The notes under the pieces were generated by a model. It saw nothing but the letters and a program-made list of their open reading frames with translations. It was not told the origin of the DNA and did no database searches. The position numbers and the translations under genes were made by a program. From a virus, in IMG/VR virus record IMGVR_UViG_3300029922_000004: a stretch of 64,000 nt of DNA; one strand, written 5' to 3'. Below are positions 38,237 through 47,150 of this stretch, one piece after another (position 1 is the stretch's first letter; every line of letters starts with the position of its first letter).

Positions 38237-40046
38237 GTATTCTATATTGTTTTTCTATAATTTCTTTTAAGGGGCGCATAACTTTATCTTCGCATAATAA
38301 TTTATGTTCTAATGAGACGCGCAAGGTTCGTCCATCCTCGATGGTTATTTCATAAAGTTCTTTACTGCCAGCGATGACATCTATAACCTCTACAAAATGA
38401 TTTAGGTCATTTGTTACGTTATAAGCTTTGACTTTATCGCCGACTTTAACGTCTTTCAGCATAATCTTCCCCCTCGTTTCTTCCTGAACCGTCTCTTCTT
38501 CAAAGGCGCATTTATTGAAACTGTATCCGCCGCTATCCTCAATAATTCGCCAAAAAACCTCTCCTACATCTTGTGGTAATTTATTTTCAATAATTTTATC
38601 CTGAATCTTCTTTTCCCAAGACTTAATCTTTTCTAGGTCCTTTTTTCCAATTGCGCGTCGAAGCTGCTCTGATTCGTCAAGCGTAAAACCAATCTTATTA
38701 GCCATTTTAAGAGCCTGTTCTTGATAAAGGCATAAATTTCCGGTCTCGTGCAGAACGTCATCAAAAAATGGATGAATGGAATCAACAACCCCAGTATTAG
38801 AATATGTTGCAAATTTTTCTGTAAACTGAAGCGCTCCGGGTCTGGCTATAGCAAGAACGGCGCTTATTTCTCCTAAATTTTTTGGTTTAACTTTTTGTGT
38901 GACATTGTATCCTACCAAGGTTTCAATTTGGAACAGTCCATGAGGACTCTTTAAATCCTGCAAAGCCCTATAAATAGACAAATCATTAACATTAATGTCT
39001 GTTGGTTTGATACCAAGAGATTTGCAACAGTCCTCAATAACAGATACGCTTCTTAACCCAAGAACATCTAATTTTACTGCGAAAGACGCTACATCATTCA
39101 TACTATAACTTGATACCAAATCTTTATCGGAAGATAATTGGGTGGGGCAACAATCTTCAAGTAAATCAAATGAAATCAATAGGCCCGAAGGGTGTACTCC
39201 GAAATTCTTATTTAAATTATTTAATTTAAGTGAAGTTTCATATATTAAGGGATTTTTATCGCACCATTCTTTGAGTTCGGGAACGGGTTTGACCTTCCAT
39301 TCCCCATTCTTGTCCTTCAAGCCGTTGACTGCATCAGTAATCTCTTCAACGATTCCGTGAGATTTGGGAATCATGCTAGTCACCATAGTCATTTCGTCTT
39401 CGGCCTTCATCCCCAAGACTTTACCAACCTCTTTAATTAGTAGTTTAGAAGAAAGGGTATTTAAGGTGAGAATTTTGCAGGTTCGACCAAGATATTTAGT
39501 TTCAATATACTTTAAAACTTCGCCTCTTCGATAGAATTCGGCGTCAAAATCCACGTCAGGCGTCAGAGTTCCATCAAGGTATGTCACTCCGTCAATAATG
39601 GTTTTTTTGGCTCTGCTTTTTGATACAAATCTCTCGAAGTAGAGACCATGCTTAATGGAGTCGATTTTAGTTACCCCTATAAGGAATAATACCAAACTTC
39701 CAGCGGCAGAACCTCTGCCCGGACCTGTTGAAATATTATTTTCGTGGCAGAAGTTCAAAACATCCCATACTAATAGAATGTAATCTGTAAATCCCAATTC
39801 ATTCAAAGTATCCAATTCGTATTTTATTCTAGCAGTATATTCATCGTATTCTTTGGTTCCTTTTTTGAGATTTAGCGCGAGGAAGCCTTTTTTACATAAG
39901 GCACGGAGAAAGTCGAAATTGGAAGTTTCCTTGGGAAGATTGAGTTCTTTGAGATATTTTTCTTCCAGTTGAATAACTGGTAAGCGAACTCCCAAAACTG
40001 GGTTAGCAATGGGGGAAAATTGTGATATGAAATCGGCGGGATTCAT
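38226..40046 (-). CDS. dnaE: DNA polymerase III alpha (DnaE) core, N-terminal part, ending in a split-intein N fragment
   Basis: GPGRGSAAGSLV, LYFERF, PDVDFD, GVHPSG, KLDVLGL, LYQEQ, SGGYSFNK|C. No PHP domain. Confidence 0.93.
   Translation of the reverse strand: MNPADFISQFSPIANPVLGVRLPVIQLEEKYLKELNLPKETSNFDFLRALCKKGFLALNLKKGTKEYDEYTARIKYELDTLNELGFTDYILLVWDVLNFCHENNISTGPGRGSAAGSLVLFLIGVTKIDSIKHGLYFERFVSKSRAKKTIIDGVTYLDGTLTPDVDFDAEFYRRGEVLKYIETKYLGRTCKILTLNTLSSKLLIKEVGKVLGMKAEDEMTMVTSMIPKSHGIVEEITDAVNGLKDKNGEWKVKPVPELKEWCDKNPLIYETSLKLNNLNKNFGVHPSGLLISFDLLEDCCPTQLSSDKDLVSSYSMNDVASFAVKLDVLGLRSVSVIEDCCKSLGIKPTDINVNDLSIYRALQDLKSPHGLFQIETLVGYNVTQKVKPKNLGEISAVLAIARPGALQFTEKFATYSNTGVVDSIHPFFDDVLHETGNLCLYQEQALKMANKIGFTLDESEQLRRAIGKKDLEKIKSWEKKIQDKIIENKLPQDVGEVFWRIIEDSGGYSFNKCAFEEETVQEETRGKIMLKDVKVGDKVKAYNVTNDLNHFVEVIDVIAGSKELYEITIEDGRTLRVSLEHKLLCEDKVMRPLKEIIEKQYRILTD
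38229..38510 (-). other. Split intein N-fragment (94 aa)
   Basis: CAFEEETVQEETRGKIMLKDVKVGDKV...LRVSLEHKLL: Cys1, block A, block B SxxH, then stop. Confidence 0.92.
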
Positions 40047-40696
40047 TATTTTTCAATTTGGAACTTCATCTTATCAAAGATTTGCTTGTTGATTTTTAAA
40101 TCGTAAAGCGCGGAATGCATAAAATTCTCTTCGGCTGGGATTCCATATTCTTTGGCTAAAAGCGTTAGGTTTGTTTTAATTCCCTTAACTACTGAATTGC
40201 TAAGTCTATACTGGTATTCTAACCAATTATCTGTATCTGGACGATAAGGTTGATTAAGTTTTAATCCTTGGGCAATTGACTTGGTATCTATGATTTTATC
40301 CATTATCCATTTCCAATCTACACCCATCCATTCCGCATATCCTTTTAATAAATAGGCATCAAATCTAAGCAGATTATGACCCACCACAAAATCCGCCCAT
40401 TGTAATACCGGCCAGAACTTTTCAAAGGCGGTTTTGGGATTAATGCATTTTGCATCAAAGGTTTTTTGGTTAAATTGTGTAACTCGCGCCGCGCCTTCGC
40501 CAATTTTAAATTTGCAGTCTTCCCATTTTATGAAGACCTCGATTTCTTCTAAAATTTGCTCTCCTTCGACTTTTAGTACAGCAACAGACCACGGTCTATT
40601 GATTTGGAAATTTTGTGAAAGATTAAATGTCTCACAATCCAAATAACATATTTTAGCCTTTTTATTAAATCTTAGCCAATTTTCTTCTGATGCCAT
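40046..40696 (-). CDS. DEDDh 3'-5' exonuclease (DnaQ-like proofreader)
   Basis: YLDCETF (ExoI), VGHNLLRFD (ExoII), MHSALYD (ExoIII); adjacent to dnaE. Confidence 0.85.
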   Translation of the reverse strand: MASEENWLRFNKKAKICYLDCETFNLSQNFQINRPWSVAVLKVEGEQILEEIEVFIKWEDCKFKIGEGAARVTQFNQKTFDAKCINPKTAFEKFWPVLQWADFVVGHNLLRFDAYLLKGYAEWMGVDWKWIMDKIIDTKSIAQGLKLNQPYRPDTDNWLEYQYRLSNSVVKGIKTNLTLLAKEYGIPAEENFMHSALYDLKINKQIFDKMKFQIEK

Positions 40697-40701
40697 ATTT
40701 G

Positions 40702-40731
40702 ATTATAAACTACTTTTCCGAAAACGTCAAG
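40702..40731 (-). promoter_or_regulatory. Sigma70-type promoter
   Basis: C-TTGACG-17 nt (TTTTCGGAAAAGTAGTT)-TATAAT, 5 nt before the ATG at 40696. Confidence 0.75.
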
Positions 40732-41188
40732 GGAATATATCAACTTTGAGACAAAATGGCTCAAGAACTTCGCGGCTAATCGCATAACCCTCAGCCGTCC
40801 AAAACTTATTATTTATTGTTTTAATCTTGTATTTGTTACTTGCAATCAATTTTTCGAGTTCGCCGCATAGGGTTTCGGGGCTGAACCAAAAGTAAACCTT
40901 ATTTCGGGGGAAGGAATACACAAAGTAATCCACCTTATCTTGGAGTGCGCGGAATGGACCGCCAAGTTTTCCGTGACTTAAAGTTTCCATGAAAAAGTTT
41001 TCCGTTCGTGACATTTCGTAATCGTCACTTTTGAGTTCGAGGCTTTTGCCGTCTTTAAGATGAAAATCAATCGCGCGGTCTTTACTTTTAACTGGCTCTA
41101 AATCCCTGTAGAATTCGCAAAAGAGCCGCTCGCCCTTGTCGCCGACGGCTAACTGGTCTTTCATATTGAAGGTTTTCTTGTATTGCAT
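40727..41188 (-). CDS. PD-(D/E)XK restriction-endonuclease-like protein
   Basis: GDKGE...IDFHLKDGKSLELKSD...FFME. Confidence 0.65.
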   Translation of the reverse strand: MQYKKTFNMKDQLAVGDKGERLFCEFYRDLEPVKSKDRAIDFHLKDGKSLELKSDDYEMSRTENFFMETLSHGKLGGPFRALQDKVDYFVYSFPRNKVYFWFSPETLCGELEKLIASNKYKIKTINNKFWTAEGYAISREVLEPFCLKVDIFP

Positions 41189-41191
41189 AAA

Positions 41192-41620
41192 TCAGTAATG
41201 TATCATCGCAAATGTCGGTCTGTTATCTTCTAGGTTATCGAGAGCCATGTATATTAGCCAAGGCAAGTTTTCGACCATCTCCCCGCGCAGTTTACTTATG
41301 TCCGCGACTTTTATAATCTCAACAGGCTCGTCGGTTTTTGCTTTTACGTCAGTTAAACATCCGGTCGCAACGAAACAATCCACGCGAAATTCGGCGTTGT
41401 CCATCGCGGCGTAATAGAGCCATCTAATTTGGGCGTTGATATGAGATACTTCTTCGTCGAATTCGCGGGAAATACATTCTTCCGGCTCTTCACCCTCTTC
41501 CGTATGCCCTCCGCAACCATTTAGTTTTAGACGCTGCCAAGAGGGCCTATTTTTTCTAATTAGGAGGACGTTCTCATGGGTTTTGTCAAAGAGGAAACCG
41601 AGAGTATAGTAGGTTTTCAT
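41192..41620 (-). CDS. Nudix hydrolase
   Basis: Nudix box GGHTEEGEEPEECISREFDEE. Confidence 0.9.
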   Translation of the reverse strand: MKTYYTLGFLFDKTHENVLLIRKNRPSWQRLKLNGCGGHTEEGEEPEECISREFDEEVSHINAQIRWLYYAAMDNAEFRVDCFVATGCLTDVKAKTDEPVEIIKVADISKLRGEMVENLPWLIYMALDNLEDNRPTFAMIHY

Positions 41621-41621
41621 T

Positions 41622-42029
41622 TTATGATTTTAATAAGTCTGGAGTTTCACAGATATTACCTAAAAGAGTAATGGGGTCTGGTAGCCCGACGCCAGAATAC
41701 TTATGTTGTTTAAATCTCTTGGTAAATCCCCGAAATCCCGTATGTTTATCGCACCAATCCACAAAATACACTACATCAAATCCAATTTCATCATTCCAAT
41801 CGTCATAGCATTTGACAGAAACGATATCACCCTCATAAATTTCTACCCCGTTTTTATCTTTTAATCCAGTAAATTGTTGGGGGTAATTTTCCCCGACTTC
41901 CAACGGCGCTCCATCAATATTCCATACGAATCCCATAGTAGGAACGTATTCGCAATAACGAAATCGTTTTTCTTCTGGAATCCAGACGCGGAATTTAATT
42001 GCTCGGTTAGATGATGGTTGGATTGTCAT
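41622..42029 (-). CDS. YopX family protein
   Basis: IKFRVW...QQFTGLKDKNGVEIYEGDIV...LGNICETPDLL. Confidence 0.9.
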   Translation of the reverse strand: MTIQPSSNRAIKFRVWIPEEKRFRYCEYVPTMGFVWNIDGAPLEVGENYPQQFTGLKDKNGVEIYEGDIVSVKCYDDWNDEIGFDVVYFVDWCDKHTGFRGFTKRFKQHKYSGVGLPDPITLLGNICETPDLLKS

Positions 42030-42784
42030 TTATTCCTTTCTAGCCATCGGTCATAACAGAATCCGTCGCTACAAAAATGACTTAGTTCAGGCTTTTCTAT
42101 CGTCGTCCTCTCGTGAATACATCTGAAAGTCGCGAACGCAATAAAATCTTCCTTACTCTTGTAATAAATACTCTGCGCTTCCAGCGTCTCCAAACCGTTT
42201 TTCGCGGCGTAGTCTATAGCCTTGGCGCGGAGTAAGTCGTCAAACGGCAAACCATTGTCCTCTAAAAATACCGTTGGTTTTATATCCCCAAATTCGGGTA
42301 CGTGAAAGTGTCCTTCCAGCGAGTTAAGATGCAGGAATGAATCGTAGAATGGAATCGCCAAAGTCAAACTGTCATTCCAGAATTTTTTGAGATTTTTAAA
42401 GTCTATACAGGCATTATAGTAGAAGCCTTGGTTGGCGGCAAAACTCCAAATTTTTATAAGTTGTTTATAGCCCGCGTTATTCTTGGCGAAGATGACGTAT
42501 TTGGCGCGATTTTTAAGGGATTTTTCGTCTTGGTTTTCAATATTATTGGTGAATTCCAAGCGAAGACCGAAATTTAAATTAAGTTTGTTAGCAATACATC
42601 CTTCGACGGCTTCAATATACCCAGTCATACAATCTTCTACGAGACACAGCGACTTTTCTCCAGAATGTAAGACTAAATCAAAAATTGAAGGAGGATAATA
42701 GTCTATTTTGCCTTTTACTTTTCCGAGTGTGATGATACTTTTCCCGATGGAAAAGTGGGATTTATAACAGGCTAAAATTTTCAT
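42026..42784 (-). CDS. Stand-alone PHP domain of DnaE
   Basis: KSHFSIGKSI, LCLVED, FGLRL, VIFAKNNAGYKQLIKI match the PHP region of Pol III alpha, which the dnaE core gene lacks. Confidence 0.8.
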   Translation of the reverse strand: MKILACYKSHFSIGKSIITLGKVKGKIDYYPPSIFDLVLHSGEKSLCLVEDCMTGYIEAVEGCIANKLNLNFGLRLEFTNNIENQDEKSLKNRAKYVIFAKNNAGYKQLIKIWSFAANQGFYYNACIDFKNLKKFWNDSLTLAIPFYDSFLHLNSLEGHFHVPEFGDIKPTVFLEDNGLPFDDLLRAKAIDYAAKNGLETLEAQSIYYKSKEDFIAFATFRCIHERTTIEKPELSHFCSDGFCYDRWLERNK

Positions 42785-43809
42785 ACGCGATTTTTCGGAG
42801 GAAGAGAGTTTTGTTTAATTTCAAAGATTCCATTTCCGATTGCTTCCGTGAGAGTAGAATATCCGCTATAACTAACATAGGATGCGATTCCAGACCATAA
42901 ATCTTCCACCAATTCCTTGAGGGGTTTAAGTTCGCGGATTTCATTAATCTCCTTGCCCTCAGAGTGTCTTACTATTTTGCCGTGAGTGAGAATTTGCTGT
43001 TTGTGACTAGCCCCGCCCCAATATGCACCATCTCCATTCAGATTAGATTCCGCTTCCAAAGCGTTCATAAAATACCCGCCTAGCATGATGTAGTCTGCGC
43101 CCGCCGCTAAAGCCTTGCAAGCAGAACTTCCTTTGTGAATCCCGCCGTCTGCACAGATATAAGACTTTAACTGACTCCAATTATCATTACTAGACTTGCC
43201 TTCAACGCACTCCATGATTTCCGTAATCTGCCCGCGATTTACCCCAACAACATCAGAAGTAGAACAAGGGCGACCATTTGCGATACCAACCCTGACAATC
43301 AATTCGGGGATTTCCAAGTCTTTGCAAATTTCCGAGAGATAATAAAAACCCTCTAAGGAGTGAATATTCCCAATAACTAAAGACTCAATCTCAGTCATAT
43401 CTAGCATTTTAGAAAGACTTTCCTTAATTTGGGGCATGTAACCATTAGCACAATCTAAACACCATTTTCGGGGACTGCTAAAATTCGTCAGGTATCCTAT
43501 CCTATCTGCGTCGTCTAAACCAACCGAACAATAAACATTTTGAGTGTTATATTTGTTACCCCAATCATGGTCTATTTTTTCGTAGATATCGCGTTGTGAT
43601 TCGGGTGTTCCAAAACGATGAAGACAAACTGTAAGTCCTAATTTCGCGGCGGCAACGGCGAACTTTTCTCCTACTACTGCCATCATTGGACTGACGATAA
43701 TTCGGCGGAGTTCTTTCGGAACGTCGGCGCGGGATTTAACTTGGCCGACCTGTGCTATAAGATTAACGTCGGGATAGTAAAGGCTTTTGGTTTTTAAAAT
43801 GGTCGCCAT
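42781..43809 (-). CDS. guaC: GMP reductase / IMPDH-family enzyme without CBS domains
   Basis: YYPDVNLI, SPM, CLHRF, RVGIANGRPCST, ICADGGI, KALAAGADYIMLGGYF, RHSEGK, GIASYVSYSG. The SEG flap favours GMP reductase. Confidence 0.7.
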   Translation of the reverse strand: MATILKTKSLYYPDVNLIAQVGQVKSRADVPKELRRIIVSPMMAVVGEKFAVAAAKLGLTVCLHRFGTPESQRDIYEKIDHDWGNKYNTQNVYCSVGLDDADRIGYLTNFSSPRKWCLDCANGYMPQIKESLSKMLDMTEIESLVIGNIHSLEGFYYLSEICKDLEIPELIVRVGIANGRPCSTSDVVGVNRGQITEIMECVEGKSSNDNWSQLKSYICADGGIHKGSSACKALAAGADYIMLGGYFMNALEAESNLNGDGAYWGGASHKQQILTHGKIVRHSEGKEINEIRELKPLKELVEDLWSGIASYVSYSGYSTLTEAIGNGIFEIKQNSLPPKNRV

Positions 43810-43810
43810 G

Positions 43811-44203
43811 TTATTTGTTAAATATATTCCCTACTACTGTCTTTCGAAACAAATCTACGAGCCTTAAGACTCGCCCGCCACAGCGTGTATTTTCCAGTGT
43901 GACAAACGAGCCTCGCGCAATATCTACTGTGACCGCGCCGCGATATTTTAGGAGAACTTTGGTGACCGTGGGAGGATTTTTATCCCAATTGATTGGTTCT
44001 TTCCATTCAATAATGTCACCGTCGTAAATTTCTTTATCGTTAATATCAAGGAGACCGGTGAATTGTTGAATGATATAATCTTTATTGAAAATCTTATTTA
44101 AATCAATTATCCCGCCGCTTACTCCTTGAATTCCAAATCCTGTAGTGATTGGAAGCCAAGTTTTTTCCTTAATATCCCAAAGCCTGAATTTAAGTTTATT
44201 CAC
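43811..44203 (-). CDS. YopX family protein
   Basis: LKFRLWD...IIQQFTGLLDINDKEIYDGDII...VVGNIF. Confidence 0.88.
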   Translation of the reverse strand: MNKLKFRLWDIKEKTWLPITTGFGIQGVSGGIIDLNKIFNKDYIIQQFTGLLDINDKEIYDGDIIEWKEPINWDKNPPTVTKVLLKYRGAVTVDIARGSFVTLENTRCGGRVLRLVDLFRKTVVGNIFNK

Positions 44204-44209
44204 CTCTCC

Positions 44210-44239
44210 AATATATCAGAGTTTTCGGGGAAAGTCAAG
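44210..44239 (-). promoter_or_regulatory. Sigma70-type promoter
   Basis: C-TTGACT-17 nt (TTCCCCGAAAACTCTGA)-TATATT, 6 nt before the GTG at 44203. Confidence 0.75.
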
Positions 44240-45310
44240 CTAAAATAAATCATCCAACACATTAGAAGTATCAAAATTCTTGATTTGAGTCTCTGGGAGG
44301 TCGTTAATCACATTACGGAACTTTGGGCAACCAGAATATGTCCTCTTTTCAATGGTTTCTCCATCGGCGGGATGTAATTCTTCACTTTTGAAGGCTGATT
44401 TTATGATTTTATTATCTTTTATTAAAACGTGATAAAAAAATGCTAGTTTAAAGGGGCATTTCCATTTGAGAGTTCCGTCCTTCTTCAATTCGCCGTGTTT
44501 GTTTGAAAACCCGCACATTAATTTTCCAGAAAAGCCCTCCTTTGGCATTCCCTTATCCGCCGCGAAATTAGAGTAGGCATCTTTCTCGGTAAAATTATCA
44601 ACCGTTTCTTGTGTCGCTGCTAGATAATGTTCAAACCCCTTTAGAGTATCGTCAGAAAATTTGACTTCTTGAACTGGGTTTTCCGGGAATTGCAAAAAGA
44701 TAAATCTTACAATCGGAGTCTTATCGGGGTATAACTTCTTGACCGCGAGAGAATACATCAGGGCTTGGATGGAAGAATGCTCGTCAGAACCCGAAAATTT
44801 CATTTTGGAACTTTTATAGTCTTGGATGATAATAAATTCGTCCTTGAGGGCTATAACGTCCACTGTTCCATAAATGTTGTATTTAGGAGATTCGTTCTTA
44901 ATCTTGAAACGATATTCCCGCCCGATTATTTTGCTGCCTTTAATGAAGAAGTCTGTATTTAATCCAACTAGAATCATGGCATCAATCTTATCAAAAATTT
45001 CTTTATCTGGAGGGAGATGGTTTTTTTTGATTAGTTTCTTGACTAAGCGTTCGGTAGCGGGATGGGCGCAGACTGTTTTAGCTTTGACGATGGGTTTAAA
45101 GAAGTGTTTGTGACGCGGATTAAGTAGACACTCGAAGAACGAATGACAGCAATTACCCTGCAATGCGCCTCTGTTATCTTCCTGTGGTAAATCAAGAACG
45201 TATCGACAATAGTAACTCCAGCTACATGACTCTAAAGTTTTTAGGGCTGAACTACGCTGATAGTTATCTCCGTCAGAAACATAAAATGAAGCATCTGTTT
45301 CTATCTTCAC
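44240..45310 (-). CDS. RecB/Cas4-like PD-(D/E)XK exonuclease
   Basis: SSALKTLESCSWSYY, GNCCHSFFE, E...GTVDVI...IQDYKSS, QALMYSLA, C-terminal Cys cluster. Confidence 0.85.
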   Translation of the reverse strand: MKIETDASFYVSDGDNYQRSSALKTLESCSWSYYCRYVLDLPQEDNRGALQGNCCHSFFECLLNPRHKHFFKPIVKAKTVCAHPATERLVKKLIKKNHLPPDKEIFDKIDAMILVGLNTDFFIKGSKIIGREYRFKIKNESPKYNIYGTVDVIALKDEFIIIQDYKSSKMKFSGSDEHSSIQALMYSLAVKKLYPDKTPIVRFIFLQFPENPVQEVKFSDDTLKGFEHYLAATQETVDNFTEKDAYSNFAADKGMPKEGFSGKLMCGFSNKHGELKKDGTLKWKCPFKLAFFYHVLIKDNKIIKSAFKSEELHPADGETIEKRTYSGCPKFRNVINDLPETQIKNFDTSNVLDDLF

Positions 45311-46191
45311 AGATATTTTTCCTTATACTCTAAAATCTCGGCGGAAGTCATCATTCCAAAATCATTCTTCGGCGGGAGAGCGATTACTACTTGGCTTTCG
45401 TCAAAATAGTTTAGTAACTCCTCTTTAATATCTTCCGCAGCGCGGTTTCCCACGAAGTTATTTTCGAAGTCATTATTTGTGGCTATGATAATTTTGCCCA
45501 CGTCTAATTTGAGGAGATGTTGGATAATTTTAGTGCTGAGATTTACGCCGAAGAGAACGATGACGTTTTTTATACCGTTGTCGAAAAGTTGCAAAAAATC
45601 TCCAATCGATTCTACCAAAAGTACTGAGTTATTTTGCTTGATGTATTGAGTAAACTGAGGAAAGACCCACGAGCTTTTTACTCCGAGGTGCTTCCAGCGG
45701 ATGTCGGCGTCTGTAATTGACCGTCCTGATAAGCCTATTAAATCATCCCCCTCCCAGATTGGGAAAACGTATCGGCCATTCATCCTGTTTTTGACTGCAA
45801 CCCCGCCGCCGAATACATCTAAAGTAGCATTTGATACCCCGCGAGAGTTCCAGTAAGAATTGTCTTTAATTAGCTTTAGAAGTAGGGTTTTATCGAATTT
45901 CTTGGTTTCTGTCAGTTCTGTGCATTCCCCGTTGTAAATGGAGATGGGTAAGTCCTTCAAATACGCGGCGGAATCGCTCAGGCTTGGCAGTTTAAGCGTT
46001 ATTTGCACGAGTTGGGCTAAAGTCCCGCCTTTTCTCTCTACGAAGTCAAACCAAAAACCCGTGGTCTTATTTATGGAAATCGCGGTATTGTTATCTCCGT
46101 CGCGGTAAATTGCCCTAGTAGACCATTCGTGGCCGCAATCCGTCAGGTTTGTATAGCCGATTTCGTGGAGGATGGAGAGAATGTCGGTCAT
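45307..46191 (-). CDS. DNA primase (TOPRIM, DnaG-like)
   Basis: GRYVFPI...GLSGRSI, LLVESIGD, IIIATNND. ATG at 46191 forms an ATGA overlap with the upstream stop; the track start is 46203. Confidence 0.85.
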   Translation of the reverse strand: MTDILSILHEIGYTNLTDCGHEWSTRAIYRDGDNNTAISINKTTGFWFDFVERKGGTLAQLVQITLKLPSLSDSAAYLKDLPISIYNGECTELTETKKFDKTLLLKLIKDNSYWNSRGVSNATLDVFGGGVAVKNRMNGRYVFPIWEGDDLIGLSGRSITDADIRWKHLGVKSSWVFPQFTQYIKQNNSVLLVESIGDFLQLFDNGIKNVIVLFGVNLSTKIIQHLLKLDVGKIIIATNNDFENNFVGNRAAEDIKEELLNYFDESQVVIALPPKNDFGMMTSAEILEYKEKYL

Positions 46192-47051
46192 ACGTATTCC
46201 CATTTGAAACCGCCAGAAGTTTTGGCTTTTCCCTTACAGACCTTCACAATTCCACCGGCTTCTATATTTAATGCTTTTGACGCTATTCTAATTCCATCCC
46301 ATATTTTTATAATTTGGCCAGTCTTTTTATCTATTTGTTTAACAGACTTTCTTTTGTCTTTGTTATTGTTACTTAATTTGGATTTGCACGTGGCTTTGAT
46401 TTTTAATTTTATATGCTCTGGCATAATTCTACCGACATTATATTTGTTCCCCATATTAGCTTTAGAGATTCTTTCTCTAACTTTTTTAGAGTGTGTCTTC
46501 CCAAAAAACGGATTATCTTCTCCTAGTCTGGTATTTTTAAGTGAACTTGATATTTTATTTTTTGTGTCTATAGATAGTTTCTTGCCCTCGTGGGAATGAG
46601 AGATTTTATTACGTATTTTTTTTGAAAGGTGTTTTCCGAAACCCTTATGGTTTTTCCCGCTTCTTGATGCGTATATTCTTTTCTTTTCTTCTCCAGAAAA
46701 AACTCTCAAATTAAAATTTCTACCGATTAGACATACATTATATCCGTGTCCAAACTCTGTTAATGATTTATAGAAGTCAATAAACGCTGTTTCCAACGCA
46801 ACCACCTCCAAAATATCTACGTTCTTATCATCAAAGAAGTGAAGGATTTCTATTTTAAAATTATCTTTACCATATTTAATCATTGCATGATTAATTGGAT
46901 TGTTTGGATGATTTTTGTAATAATATGCTGCAATGCGTCTTTTTAAATTTGTACTCATGCCAACATATCTTTTATTATCTATGATATTTGTGAATAAATA
47001 TATACCCGGTAATTTCGGAATAGTATCTTTGATTTTAGTATAAAAGTTCAT
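46188..47051 (-). mobile_element. GIY-YIG homing endonuclease with NUMOD3 repeats and NUMOD1 HTH
   Basis: PGIYLFTNIIDNKRYVGMSTNLKRR; ETAFI; GYN; repeated GxxNPFFGKTHS-type units; KSVKQID...SGGFKWEY. Confidence 0.9.
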
Positions 47052-47053
47052 TT

Positions 47054-47144
47054 CTATCCTATGGTAACGCAGTCAGGGGTAAGCCTAGAAGTCCCTTCTA
47101 AGGGGAACATAGGATAGTAAAATTTCTTACCGTTTGCTGCGTTA
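47054..47144 (-). ncRNA. Candidate structured 5' leader (pseudoknot-capable) of the GIY-YIG gene
   Basis: Complementary pairs: 47137-47144/47065-47072 (8 bp), 47126-47131/47078-47083 (6 bp), 47108-47117/47054-47063 (10 bp, crossing the first two), plus hairpin 47084-47103. Confidence 0.6.
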
Positions 47145-47150
47145 AAATAT

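Noticed and set aside
37241-38510. Group I intron as the explanation for the dnaE interruption
   Set aside because: Complete intein N and C motifs flank the gap, each half has its own stop or start, and there is no non-coding space for an intron core.
44240-45310. Cas4-like protein as a sign of a CRISPR system
   Set aside because: No cas1/cas2 or repeat-spacer array in the window; the primase-helicase context fits an ordinary phage recombination exonuclease.
46129-46599. 156-aa plus-strand ORF, and the many other 60-115-aa ORFs antisense to or nested in long genes
   Set aside because: They lie opposite well-supported genes, lack motifs and have the composition expected of shadow frames.
47054-47144. 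Rho-independent terminator or a known small ribozyme as the identity of the structured region
   Set aside because: No U-tract follows any stem, and the conserved cores of hammerhead (CUGANGA/GAAA), HDV, twister and pistol were not found. Kept as an unknown structure instead.
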